A stretch of 64,000 nt of DNA from Amoebidium appalachense (lineage: Eukaryota > Protista > Ichthyosporea): assembly GCA_963693365.1 (NCBI GenBank), contig CAVNZM010000002.1, forward strand, positions 13,363,615-13,427,614. The letters are read 5' to 3'. Within the stretch, counting starts at the first letter, position 1. The number at the start of each line of letters is the position of its first letter. This document shows positions 1 to 34,396 of the stretch, one piece after another. Under the pieces are notes generated by a model that worked only from the letters and a program-made list of their open reading frames with translations, was not told the DNA's origin and ran no database searches. Both the position numbers and the translations under genes were made by a program.

Positions 1-162
1 AATCTTCCGTAGCTGACATATATGGCATGCTTGCCGTCTGTGTGCCTTACTCACGATATGTACCATAATTACCATGAGTGGCACACCTGCCATGTATGGT
101 ATCCCAACAATGTATGGCACATTTACGTGTCTGTTGTACTTATCATATATGCCATTTTGCAG

Positions 163-801
163 GGACCCCCAACGCAGCGTCAAGGTGCTCTACACTTCTC
201 GGGCAGACATCCCCACACCCTTGCTGTCCCAGGTATGTGACCAATCGCTATGTGCCGATGTGTGCATGCGTGGTCGTTTATGGTGGGGCACGTGTGTGTT
301 AAGTTACTTGCATTCCGTATGCATGGGTGGGCTCGTTTGCTATTAACCATTATCTATCAAATGCATTGTCTGAATCATTAGTAAGTGTGGCAAAGGCTTG
401 GCCAACCGGGTCTTTGAATACGTTAAGTTGGTGGCAGCTGTACGTTGCAGATAAATTTGTTCTCTGCCTCTAAGGGCGCTATTTGTGCGTCCTGGTAGTA
501 CCGGGATGGTCCTGCAGGGGGGTTCTTAGCTGAATCTATGCAGGTGGCTGGGACTGGACAGGAGACCGGCAGAGAGAGGCCAGGCCCCGTAGTCATTGGC
601 GAGGTGAGTGGGGAGGATGGGGTTTTTCATTGATATTCAAGGGGGTTTTGGTCACTCCTAAGTTTTTTTTTTATAGTTTTTTTTATAGTTTTTTTTTTGT
701 TTTTTTTGTTTTTTTTTGGGTGGGGGGGGGGGGGGGGGGGGGGGTTGTCACTCATAAGTTGAAAAGAGTCTTTGTCACCCATAAGGTGTGTGTGTCTGTT
801 T

Positions 802-836
<35 letters not shown>

Positions 837-893
837 CACTCATAAATTGAAAAGGGTCTTTTTCACCAATAAGTTTTTGTGTGTGTATGTTTT

Positions 894-928
<35 letters not shown>

Positions 929-1563
929 TTGCTGACGAGCACTGCACAGGGACGGCTGCCAGCAAAGGCTGGATGGGTGGCACTGGCTCCAGCAAGCGGA
1001 GGTGGGTGGATGTGGGTGGGTGGGAGCGTGTGTGTGTGTGTGTTTGGGGGGGAGGCGAGGAGGGGGATTGTGTGTTACGGTATGTGTTAGTGTGTGTGTA
1101 CGTGTGTGCGTGTGTGCGTGTGTGCGTGTGTGGGCGGGCGGGCGGACAAGGGGGAGGGGGGAGGGAGGGGCGGAAGGGGGGGGGGGGGGGGGGGGGGGGG
1201 GGATTTTGTATGGGCATCTCGGTGCGCGCCGTGTTTGTATCGCTTGCACCCCAAGCCCATGCATACTTTTGCGTGTGTGTTTGCGTTTCGTGTGCATGTG
1301 TGTGTACGTGTGTGTGCGAATGTTGAGTTAATGGCTGCAAGTATCTTCCATTTCTTATCCAGCCACTAACGACTATGCCCATATTTTTAGGGCCCAAAGC
1401 CAGCCGGTTGCCGGGCCAAACACCTTCATCCCAGCAGGGTGAGGGGGCAGATGACGCCTGGGAGAGTGCCCCTGAGCCCGTGAAGGAGGGGGACAAGAGA
1501 GACGGAAAAATGGAAGAGGTTGGGCCGGAGGTGGTGGAGGATTGGGAGCAGCTGGGGGACTAA
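163..1563 (+). CDS. 3' part of a spliced gene, probably NF-X1-like (R3H-domain tail); 5' portion lies upstream of the window
   Basis: Phase-consistent GT-AG exons 163-232 (DPQRSVKVLYTSRADIPTPLLSQ), 544-603, 950-1001 and 1391-1563 (ending EVVEDWEQLGD*). The first exon resembles the end of the NF-X1/NFXL1 R3H domain (EPxRxV...P). The acidic VVEDWE tail resembles plant NFXL1 C-termini as recalled. Exon structure is seen; the family call is inference. Confidence 0.5.
636..875. repeat. Three degenerate copies of a ~38-bp unit separated by T/GT/G tracts (intronic)
   Basis: GTCACTCATAAGTTGAAAAGAGTCTTTGTCACCCATAAG (~747-785), TTCACTCATAAATTGAAAAGGGTCTTTTTCACCAATAAG (~835-873), and a partial copy at ~636-662. 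Confidence 0.7.
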
Positions 1564-2505
1564 TGAGGTGGTTAGCGGGTTAATCAATTAATTATTTAGT
1601 GGGCCCCCCGTAATTAGTGGGCCCCCCGGTCATATGCTATTTTTGAAGGCACTGGTTGCCGCAAATTCCAGACCTTAGGCTGGGGGTGGCCGGTTTTCAA
1701 TGAAATCATGATGTGAAATTGGATGGACGTGTGCGATAGTTCACGGTCGCTTAAGGTGGGAATTTTGTGCTGTTGTGCACTGCTGCATGTTGTACATGAG
1801 CAGGTAACAATTGAGTTTGAAAAAAAGACCTGTCAGGTCGATTCCGTTTGTGCCTGCTAGTTCTGCTTTTTGGACAATACAGGAAGAGTAGATGTGCATA
1901 GATAGGGAGAGGTTGGAGTTCGAGAGGAAATATTGTTGAACTGAAAGTGGCTTACTAGCTTTTTCTTTATGTATGTGATATATGTACAGGTAGCCGGGGT
2001 TAATTTCTGGAACTAAATGGCTTGGCAATGCATATGCATGCCTCGTAAGTTTGTTTACTTGAATATATGTACATAGCCCAACATGGCCTAGCGAGACACC
2101 ACACGGACGAAAGCTTATGGCATGCACCGAATCATGTATACAGTGCCCATGTTTGGATTTCAAAGTCGTGCACTAATCACCGTGACCTACACGCGCACTT
2201 GTGCACTGCCACTTTGTCTGTTGCATAGGCCACCACCATGCAGCTGACAGGCTGAGTGTAATGTTGACCGTGAGTGAGACTGAGTAGGAGACGTGTGCAC
2301 TTACGGCCGTTGTGGCTTTGTTAGCTGCAAATTAAGTCACGGTGCACGCTGTGCATGTGCACCACGCGTTTATGTGTCCATGTGTGTGTGTGTGTGTCTG
2401 TGAGCACGTGCAACGTGTTTTTTTCCCTTGTTTTTTGTTTGTGGGGTGTGTGTGTGTGTGCGCGCGCGCACCCGCGCGCGCGTGTGTGTACATGTGTGTG
2501 TGTGT

Positions 2506-2540
<35 letters not shown>

Positions 2541-3459
2541 GGGGGGGATGGGGATATTTGCGAAGCGGAAGGCGGATTGACCCTTAAACCCTTTGTCTCC
2601 GATATGGGATATTATATTAGCTGCATACGGACTCAACAAGATACTTCATGATGCCACTAGGCCCACCCACACAATTGTTACATGAAATGTGTTCCGATAA
2701 GAGTTGTATATACATCCCGCAGCCCCGTGGAAAACAAATACCAAAATAATAATAATGTGGAAAATAAATACAAAAGGAACATGAGAGGATGTCACAGGTG
2801 TAACCACATTGAGATATATTTTGTCTTATTCACGAGCCGTTTAAAAATTAAATTTTAAAAGTCAAAAATTACACAACACAGCTTAATATCAATTAGGAAG
2901 TCCATCATCTACCCAACCCATAACCAAAAGGCGCGGGATTTGCAGAACAAAATACAGCCTACAGTGTCTAGCTTAATATGGTAACATGTGCTTTGCCCTA
3001 ATATGGTAATAAGGTAACATGTGTTCCACCTAACTGCGCACCTGTTAAACAGCATAACAACCGTGTTCTATATGTGCAAATACACCACAAGGCACACACT
3101 ATATCTGCACCGCACGTACTGTTGCGGCCAACTAATAAATTACTACGTACACCACGTGCCCAATATAACTATATCATTATCAAAAATGCATGTTGACTTT
3201 AACAGCATTAAATAGTTACATGTGGGCAAACTTATCATTCCATGCACAAGATAATTGCAATACCGGTGCACTATATTTCCTTTACACATACGCCATTATC
3301 CCCAATACACCTGCACCAAATGGCACCGCTATTATACTCGCCATATTCACACTAAACGTGCACCATATCAGCACCACACATGCATCATACATGCATTATG
3401 TCTCATAACACGTGCACACTATACCCACCCAACCACACATTCCACCACCTTCACTCTCC

Positions 3460-17399
<13,940 letters not shown>

Positions 17400-17452
17400 C
17401 TGCAGCCCAACAGATTTTGGGGTTCACGAGAAGGGGCAGGAGGGAGGGGGCG

Positions 17453-17487
<35 letters not shown>

Positions 17488-20400
17488 GGGGAGGGGGGGG
17501 GGGGGGGGGGGTTAGGGAAATGCAGCAGTTGCTTAAGGACATTTTGTGTAAATGCACACATCTGTGTTTGGTGTGGTACTTGCAGCATAGTGTGCGTGTG
17601 TGCATGGAAGTGTACGTCTGCACAGTGCGCGTGTGAATGTACGTGTGCATGTGTGTGTGTGTCTTCTTGTGTGAGCGCTCGAGTGCACTCCCATTTGCAA
17701 GTTGGAGCTATAGTGCTGTGTGCGCGTTCACAGTAATTTCGCCGAAGACTTAAGCCCAGAAATGCAAAGAGAGGTGTGCGTGTAACCCGTGGCTAGCGAA
17801 TGCATGTGGTGCATGTTATTTCCAGCACTCATCCATAAGGGTGTCGGCACAGGTGGCCTGCTTTCCAATAATCTCGCGCCTGAAACTTTGTTGCCCATCT
17901 CTCCTCGTCCCCTCCACCCGTCCTGGCCCACCCCCCGCCCCCCGGCCCCCCCGCCCCACCACGGCCACCACCACCATCACCACCCTTCTTCTAACTCCCT
18001 TTCCCCGCTTCATGTTTTTCTTGCCGGGGCGTACCTTTGTGCCGTAGCTGCTTTTGAGAGTTGTGCAAAATAGCCTCGAGGAAAACTTTACAAGTGTCGT
18101 GAACGGCGACTGGGGCTTCAACTGATTAAGTTTTACCACGCCGGTTTGTTCTTACATGCTCACCAATGATTTCAGAGCAGGAGTGAAAGAAAGGAAGTGA
18201 AATATGATACCTGTTTGGTTGCATATAGAGAAGACCCTTATGTATGGTTTGCACTCTCTCTCTTTGGTCTCACAAGAAACGGGGCATGTTCAGTGTCACA
18301 CAGACCTGGAAAAAAAGTTTAAGAATTTTTGGCCAGCTGCTGATTGGTGCAGTAAAAAGCGTGGTGAATCCCCCAACACCTACCTTATTATGGGGACTTG
18401 TCAAACTTTGTGAAATAATGCTCCTGGAACATCGGTACCATGCTTCGACGTGCATGCTAATAGATGTTTTTGAATATAATTTAATATTATTTAGACCAAA
18501 TCTTAGGGTAAATAAATTAACCCTAAACTGGAGTCTCTCAAATCATTATGTTTACTTCTACTTGGCACATACTCTTCGCATATAGAGGTTTTAGGGGATC
18601 TGCGTGGCTCACCAACTGACCAATCAACAACAGCATAGGGCCACACTGTACGCAGCGTGACCGTTTTCCATGTTTTGCAAGTCAACGCACTACACAGTGC
18701 GCATGCGGCCCGAGAAACGAGCTCGAGTATGCCATAGTAAGACACGCCTGGCACGGACGGGCAGTGACACGCATATGCTTTTGTTTATAAACGTGGTATC
18801 AAATCCGCAGTCGAATTCACGGTGCAAACATACTACTTATATATCAGAAAGTTATGTGCCAGGCCGTGCCATTGCCACGTGCACGTGTGTGCACACGGTG
18901 TGTTCGTGTCATGATCAGTGCTATTTTCGTGTGAACGACATTCATATAAGGGGTTGTGTTGTATGCTGCAATGGAAATGCTAATGGGGCATATTAGTTTG
19001 TGTGTGTACTGTGGTGCCGAAGTATATTTTACAATGCCGGGGTGGTTTCCTATCTATGAAATGTGCACAATCCACAATAATATTGATGTAGCCAACGTAC
19101 ACGGTGTACACGCCCCACTGCACTGGTGTATGTTTGCATGGATGCGCATGTATTTGCCTACTGGTCGTGTGTGTACCTGTGAGTTCCTTTGGACGTGGCG
19201 CCGGCCCTGCTTGCACTATGGGATGACCCCACATATCTATTTTGCTATTCATAACGCAAGTTGTCCGTTGATGCAAGCATATAGAGGTATGTACGCACAT
19301 ATTATGCATACGTGACGATGTCTGTGCGGACCTGAGTATGAGCGTATCTGTGTGTGCGCGTGTGTGTGGTGGGGGAGGTGGAAGAGAGGGATGGATGGAG
19401 GGAGAGTGTTCTGCTCGTTTCTGTGCGCCACTATGATAGAGCATTGATATTGGGCTGAGTAGCCTAGTATAGACTGAACCATCTGATCAGGATGTCAATG
19501 GTGCACTCGTGTGCATGGACATGTGCTCAGTTGGGCATGGTGCACATGCTGAAGTGTACCGACCGTCATCGCCTCTTTTTCTGTCTATTTTCAGCCCCCC
19601 AGCTTCGTTGACCAGGCTTTATTCTTCAAAATCCTCAAAGGCCACCTCGCGTAATGAAGTATTTACTAACGTGCAAAGCTGAAGAATCTGCTGATGCAGA
19701 AGGAAAACTAAGGCAGCATCTCAGCAGTGATTATGAGTACACGCTTTACTCGTATCGATGATATCTAATCGTTTTTATACGGCCTCCTATTCTCAGCTTT
19801 CAGTGACGAGAAGGCTCAGGTTGTGCACCGTCCGTGCCTGAGTCCAGTTTGAGGTGTCCTCGCGCCGCGTGCACGTCACTCGCAGCAGCCTGCAGGCTGC
19901 GCCATGATCGAGACTCGAGAGGCTGCTTACTGATAACATCATTGTGTTTGCGCAATCGGCTTTATGATTGGCGGGCAGCGCATTCCAATATCCTTACAAT
20001 GATTGACAAATAACGTGACTTTTATTCAATCAGACCTTTCTTTTTTCAGGATTGTAACAGATTTAAAGGCTCAATACAGACTCCTTGAGGTCATAATCTT
20101 ATAAAATCAATATACATATATTAATGCAATTAATTATATCTTTAAAACCCTACACCTATAAATGAATATGCAATGATGTTATATCAAGTAACCCTGACTT
20201 GGTCTACTAGTAGAGCACAATCCAACCAATAGAACAGCTCCAAATTTTAATGCTTGTTGCCGCCTGCTGTGAGCCATGGGGTACACTTTGGCGCACCCAT
20301 TCTTGCATTCCTCGTTGTAACAAGCTGTGTTCCTGTTCCTGAGTGTTCCTGCCTACCCGCCGCTCCTTTACACCGTACTGAGTCTTACTACACTCTCCCC

Positions 20401-20717
20401 AATGCACGACTTAGAAACACTGCGAAAAGACTATTAACGTGCCTCTTCGCATTTGAAACTTGGGCAGAGTTGACACGACTTTAGGGCGGGTAGACGGCTA
20501 GGCTTGGACGTGCCAAGGAATAGTAGCTGCTTGCAACACGTGCACGTGGTTTGGCACGTGCACGGTACCAAACGGTGCAGACTTATCCCTTGAGCAGAGT
20601 ATACATGACAACTGTGGTTGTGTGCACACGGTTAATTTTTAACCACGGTTTGGCTTTCTTGTTTACTGCTGCTTGGCCAGACATCAGCCAAGTCGGTGTG
20701 GCTACCAGTTCGCTGCC

Positions 20718-21401
20718 ATGATCAAGCTGTGTGGATGCACCCCGTCAAACCTCCGGGTGCAGGCCGGTTGGAATCTGGTGTGCGCCAAGGACGCTAACCC
20801 ACACGCCGTGGTGCCCCATATAGAGTATGTGCCTGCCTTTGTGCAAGGAATGAAATATTGGATGCTGGCTGCCAAGCACTAACACAACCACACACACGCA
20901 GATGCACAGACGAGCACCTGCACAAACACAGACCCACGTTTACACATGCCCACACAGACACACACGGACACGTCCACACAGACACGCGCCAACGCAGTAA
21001 TCTGCGATAGGTGCAGGTTGGCTCTATTTAGAAACGCCGAAACTTCCTCCTCAAGAAACGATTCTTTGTAGACACCGAACCCCCATGAGAAAGGATACCA
21101 AAACGAAAATTTCTGGACTGTGGTATAGCAGGAGGCATAAAGGCACACACTTTTCGCATACCCCTGCATTTGTAAACTTGTTATCGGTACACACTTGAAG
21201 CATACAGCGCTGCTAGCACATGTGGCACAAGCCCCCCAAAACACAAACGACCCATGAATTAGCTGTGTGTTGACGGGTTGTATTGCAGCCATGGCTACCC
21301 AAAGGTGCGATCGTTGGGCGAATGCTTCCAGTCTGTCTTCTGGATACACAATGAGGTGGGTGCACGAGAGGCTACCGGACAGGGAGAGGGTGTGCGTGTG
21401 T

Positions 21402-21444
<43 letters not shown>

Positions 21445-21573
21445 CTGTCTTAGGGGGGGGGGGGGGGGGGTTCTAACAGCAGTGGGGAGCAGACAGTCAA
21501 CACGTGGTCCCACCTATTGGGCTTTGCGGCTTTTGTCGTGCTCATGGTTCTCACAGGTAGGCACCGTGTGTGT

Positions 21574-21612
<39 letters not shown>

Positions 21613-22045
21613 TGTGTGTGTCTGTGTCTGTGAATGCGTCTGTGTCTGTGTCTTGTGTCTGTGTGTGCTGACGACAATTTTGTTCGCGTTGGCTGTGTAT
21701 ACTGCTTGACGGAAGGAAGCCGAGAACTATACTACAGAAAGTCGTAGCAGCTGACTTAACCTACTCAGGACCATCATATTTAACCGTCCCAACCAAACTT
21801 TAAATGGGTGATAAAAGCAGAACTGAGCCTAAAACCAAATGTAAACGCGGAACTAGGAATAATAATACGAAATGAAAATAATGCATAGCCAAACAGAAAG
21901 GTTTCGCCAGCCAAAGAATTGGAAAGGTGGCATCTCTGTGGCCACTGAATTTTCGGGCTGAAATCGACAAATTGACGTATTCTTTTTCATCTTTTGCTGG
22001 GCGAAAGTTGTGTGCTCGAAACCTAAACAAACTTCGCCATTACCC

Positions 22046-22085
<40 letters not shown>

Positions 22086-23875
22086 TCAGAGCAAGAAAGG
22101 AGTGCTCACAACGTGGAAAAAGGAGCATGCTGAATGTGTTACGTTACGTTTCTGAGGGTTTAAATGGTTGGGGTTTGGTTCTAGAACGGTGGCCACGTCA
22201 GATGTGGTAGGTTTGCCCGTGCTCACATAATAAGGGTTGGTGGCGGTGCAGGGATGCAGATACGGGACCGGCCACCCACCGACCAGGCCGTACTGATGCT
22301 GTTCTTTGCATGTGCCTGTGGATGCTTCCTGCTGAGCGCCATCTACCACATGCTCAAGGCACACACGTACACCACATACCGTGTGGTACGTGTGTGTGTG
22401 TGGGTGGGTGGGTGGGTGGGTGGGTGGGTGGGTGTTTTACGTGTGTGTGTGTGTGTGTGTGTGTGTTGTGTCTGTGTTTGCCTCTGTGTGTGTACGAGGG
22501 GAGGTGTATGTGTGTGTGTTAAAGGGGGTTCTTTTAGCATTTCGGGCCGGGTCGGGTCAGAGGGGATTCTAGCAACATGATTGGCGTGCTGCGCATCAGC
22601 TGCGCACCATCGTTTTGCCGGCAGCAAGGTACAGATGCTTCATAAAACAACAAAAAAGAAAAAGAAAAGGGAAAAAAAAGAAATACAGAAGGGGATAATA
22701 ATAATAAAGCGTTAGAAAGAAGGGTGCAGTTCATATCATGATTTATATGCTGAACAAATGGCTTGACCCGGAAGTGCTGAAATGGGGACAATTAATCGGC
22801 CTAAAGGAAACCCCCTTTAAGAAGTGGGCTGGTGTGTGTGTGTGTGTGTGTGTGCGTGTGTTTGGGGGGGATGGGGGGGGGAGGTATGGAAACGTGTGTG
22901 TGTTGGGGGGGGAGAGGGGGAATGCTGCTGAGGTTTTGGGGTCACAGGCGATGACGTTGGACTATGTGGGCATCTTTGTAATGATCCTCGGTTCCTTCCT
23001 GTCCGGCTTGCACTTTGAGTTTTACTGCGACCACCAGGTAGGGTTGCCTGCCTGCCTGCCTGCCTGCCTGCCCGCCTGCCTACCTACCTGCCGGCCTGCC
23101 TGCCCTTCCTTGCCACTCACACCTTTGCACAGTGGCGGACCATCTACCAGACAGGCATAGCGGGCCTATGCCTGGCCGGTGGCTTCTTGACCTTTGTGCC
23201 TCAATTCGACAACCCAAAGGTGAGAAAAAATGGCTACTGGAAGGCCTCGTTTACGTTTTCATCTGCTTGTGTGTGTGTGTGTGTGTGGTGGTGGTGGTGG
23301 TGGGTGGGTGGGGGGAAGGGGGGGGGGGGGGGGGGGGGGGGGGGAGGGGGGTTTTGGGGGGAGGGGGGGGGGGGGGGGGAGACGGGAGGTGACGGGCAGG
23401 GGTAAGGGGGGGTTGGATATATCGGAACTGACAAAGGGGGTTTATGGCAGTGTCACCGGCTGCGTGTGGGGGTCTATGTGACCACGGTGGCATTTGCGCT
23501 GCTACCCATGGCACACGTTATCCTGATGGGCCAAGGTGGGTGACGTGTGTTGTGGCATGCACACACTGGGATTGGGAAGGGGGGCCGGGGAAGGGGAGGG
23601 GGGGGGGGGGGGGGGCGGGGTTTTTTTTTGGGGGGGGGGGGGATACGTTCAACCAGCGAAAAGTTGGTATTGAAGTGTATGGCAGACAGGCGGGAGGGGG
23701 AAGATTGTTTATGAGGGTTTATTTTGTGTGACACTTGAAGAGGAATGTGGGGTCATTGGACCAAAACTGCGAAACACAAAGGGTGGTGATCGATTGGTGC
23801 CGTGATGGGTAAGGTCAGAAGGTATATGTATTGTGACCACATTACTTTGTACACGGAAACCCATGCCTGTGGCCT

Positions 23876-23929
<54 letters not shown>

Positions 23930-24092
23930 ACACCACCTCTCCACCAAAACTGTACACACACATGAAAAGAAAAAATGCCAAGAGAACACACGTATTGTCC
24001 AGCTACACAGACACACACACGCTCTAGCCACACACACACACATACCAACTCCCTCACACATACACAGACTTAACACACACATGCACACACAA

Positions 24093-24123
<31 letters not shown>

Positions 24124-24124
24124 A

Positions 24125-24191
<67 letters not shown>

Positions 24192-24319
24192 AAACACACA
24201 GTTGAGCGTACGTTCAAGTGGTTGGTGCTGCTGGGCCTGTACGGTGCTGGTGCGCGGGTCTACACCTCACAGTTCCCAGAGAGATACTACCCTGGTCGCT
24301 TCGACATATTGGTGAGTGT

Positions 24320-24358
<39 letters not shown>

Positions 24359-25016
24359 GGTGGGTGGGTGCCTGTGTGTGTGTGTGTGTGTGTGGGTGCC
24401 TGTGTGTGTGCGTATGCGCGTATGCGCGCACGCGTGTGTGTGTGTTTGCGTGTGTACATGTGGGTGTGGGTGCGTGTTGGTGTGTGTGCGTGTTGGCACG
24501 ACGAGTGGAATGGGTTACTGACTGGGATGGGCATAGCTTGCCAGCCACCAACTATGGCATCTGGCCGTGCTTCTAGCAGGTGGGTGGGACGATGCCGTTT
24601 GGGGCGCCTCGTGGGAGGAGGGGGGGGGGGGGGGGGGAGGGGGGGGGGGGGGGGGGTTGAGGGGGAGCGGAGGGGTAGGGCTGGGGCTGGGACTGAGGCT
24701 GTGAGAATACAGAGACGCTGTGCACATCTTGGACCATGCTTAATGGACAGCACACGGCAGACTTTGCACAGAGCACACACAAAGAGTATGCATCACAAGC
24801 AGAGCCCATTCTCTGAGTGGACAGATGTTATCCATAGTACTCGAGATTCAAACCGTTCATCTAGCATGCGAAACCCTTGGGGTGCCCCCGGGGGGGGGGG
24901 GGGGGGGGGTAGCATGAGTCCGTGTGCTGACAGGGTGTGTGTTCGCAGCGTGCTGGCAGTACCACCTGCTGAGGTTGCTGCAAGCAGAGGTGGCCCACAT
25001 GACTTGCAGCCAATAG
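20718..25016 (+). CDS. PAQR family (adiponectin receptor/Izh/hemolysin III-related) 7-TM protein
   Basis: Exons ~20718-20823, 21289-21355, 21492-21556, 22252-22386, 22948-23037, 23133-23219, 23451-23535, 24202-24311, 24537-24579, 24934-25016. They give [64 protein letters not shown], so the ExxxNxxxH, SxxxH, D and HxxxH PAQR signatures are intact. The start ATG is tentative. Confidence 0.92.
22519..22820. mobile_element. Non-autonomous DNA transposon (MITE), Kolobok-like ends, in a PAQR intron
   Basis: TTAA (22519-22522) + AGGGGGTTCTTTTAG ... CTAAAGGAAACCCCCT + TTAA (22817-22820). These are imperfect terminal inverted repeats with AG...CT termini and a TTAA duplication. There is a subterminal GGGTCGGGTC and a complementary TGACCCG. 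No coding capacity. Confidence 0.7.
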
Positions 25017-25321
25017 CGGCACATTAGGACTACCATATATGGATACGAGCACACGACTACCATGTATGGATGGATATTTGCACATTCTCCCGGCTGGCCC
25101 GGGATATCCATATTAGTAGGACCCACCCACATCGTTCCCCCACTCCCCACACGCACGCTCAGACATGCACACACGTGCACACACTGGTATGCGCGTGCGG
25201 CCTGCACGCACACTCAAGCACACACACAGACACACACACACATACACACACGCATGCACACACAGACACACACACACACACACACACAGACACACACACA
25301 CACACGCACACACACACGCAC

Positions 25322-25363
<42 letters not shown>

Positions 25364-26138
25364 CACAACACGTTAATTGAATGAGGATGGGACGGTGGGG
25401 ACGAGTCCGGTGGCCGGTATAATGCGTTGATTGCCTTCAGCCACACACCCCACATGAACACTTGTCAGGTGCATGGGGAGTCTCGCTGGCAACACGTTTT
25501 TTTGAACAGATTTCTTTTCTTTGAAGTCGATTTCTAATTAGTATCGATTCCTAGTTCGTAATTTTTATAAGCATCTTTTTTAATGGGTCTAGTCTTCAAT
25601 TTTCTCTCCGCCTGGAATGTACAGTACGTAAACTCTTAAGTCTGGCGAAATAGAAAGAATGGAAATAGAAGATCCCCTGTTCACTGTTTTGAGCATAATA
25701 TGTTGAAATTTAACTGTTAAATCTTTAAAAACTTCGCAAGCACTTCCGGGAAGCCCATAAAAATGGGTTTATGCCCGTAATGTTCCGTGATGCAAGGCCA
25801 TGTGCATATATGTGCCCAACGTTTAGGCCAAAACCTGTGTTTGCAGCCATCATAACACAAACATCTGCACATCTACATGTGGCTACATGTACCCTTCGAA
25901 GCAACCTATGATGCCCACCGGGAATCTCTCGATCATGCCCAGTGATTGCCCCTGCCTCCTTTTCTTTTTGCAAAGGCTTCCCCCCTCCCCCTCCCCCCCC
26001 CTCCCCCCTTCCCCCCCCGGCGCACGGACACATACTCACACCCATCCACACACACACACACACACCCCCCCCCCCCCCCCCCCCCCTCCACACATACACA
26101 CACGTGGCACACACCAACACACACGTACACACGTGCGC

Positions 26139-26201
<63 letters not shown>

Positions 26202-26823
26202 CCACACACACCACCCGTAACACCCCGGCCTCTTCCACCAATTCAAGAGATTGCAAGATAAGCTTCACCTAGTAGGACACCATCTTTATTCGAATATCCC
26301 TTTGTATAAGCATTTGCGACATTGGTCCCGGAGCTTGAACCAAGCTAAGTTCAATATTAATACATTTCCGAGGCTAAACTCATTGACAAGTGGTTAGAAA
26401 TGTGCGCACAGTCACAGAGAAGTTGACATCAATCTTGCCATGGAGGTTGAAAATGTACCTACTTCAAATAAAAGCGCTTGTTATCAAACCTGTAAATATA
26501 CAAGACAGCCTTGTACATAATATCATGTTCACTCCTTCGGCCAAGCCAGTCCAATAATAATCTGCTTCAAAGCAGTCCGGGCAGAGTCTTAGACTTCAAT
26601 AAATCCCCATACTAGTCCCCATTACACATTCAACTATTGCTGCCCGCCCCCTCCCCCCCCCCCCCCCCCCCCCCTCCCCCCCCTCCCCCCCCTCCCCCCC
26701 CCTTCTCCAAAGGGTATCACAGACATGACCCTTGTAACCTGATGTTACCACCCCTCGCCACCCCATCGTGTTCTTAACAACGGGTCGGCTTGCACACGGC
26801 AATACGACTTGTAGTGGTCCCAC

Positions 26824-32976
<6,153 letters not shown>

Positions 32977-33411
32977 GTTGCCTCTCCGAAGGACCCAACA
33001 GAAGGTTGGAAAGCGGCCTTCGTGACTATAAACGTTGCTTGTAGTTTCTGCCTGCCTGTGCTGTACAGTGTGCACTCTCAGGAACCCAACTGGATATGTT
33101 ACACTTCTTCAGGCCCAATGATGACTCTGGCAGCCTCATCCGCAATCGCGTCGGATCCGGAGGCTCGGCCCTCTGGGCCTCCCCCGCCGATCTCTCTCGA
33201 GATTCCGCTTTCGATTCGCGGAAGATAGGAAGGCCTTGGTATTTTCCAGGCATACTCGAAATAGTGCGACCTTTTGTGGTCTGTTCTAGTCAGTCAAGGC
33301 CCTTCCCCCTGCAAAGGAAACCATGGCTGTAGCACACATTCACACACACTTGCGTGGACGTAGAAACATAGACATAGACACATTGTCAAGACAAAAACAG
33401 ACAAAGATAGC

Positions 33412-33568
<157 letters not shown>

Positions 33569-33778
33569 TCATAGTGCAGCCGCACGATGATCGAAAAAAA
33601 CTTTTGATGGCAGCCAGCACATGAGTTACAACTGTTCATGATCATGTAGGTTGCGAAAAAGGCCCATGCATATGGACATTTATGCATTCGACATCCAGAT
33701 TCTTGACCCATGACTCGTGGGATTGCACTGCTACATAGTACAACGATGGCTCAATAAACACGTAATAAACGATGTGGC

Positions 33779-34396
<618 letters not shown>

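Noticed and set aside
1597-1628. Direct repeat TAGTGGGCCCCCCG x2 just after the first gene's stop codon
   Set aside because: Only two short copies, with no further support for a function.
1564-3459. Hidden genes or structured RNAs in non-repetitive intergenic DNA (also 18100-20700 and 25400-26800)
   Set aside because: I found no recognisable protein motif, tRNA, rRNA or snRNA signature by eye. A covariance-model search (Infernal/Rfam) would be needed to exclude ncRNAs.
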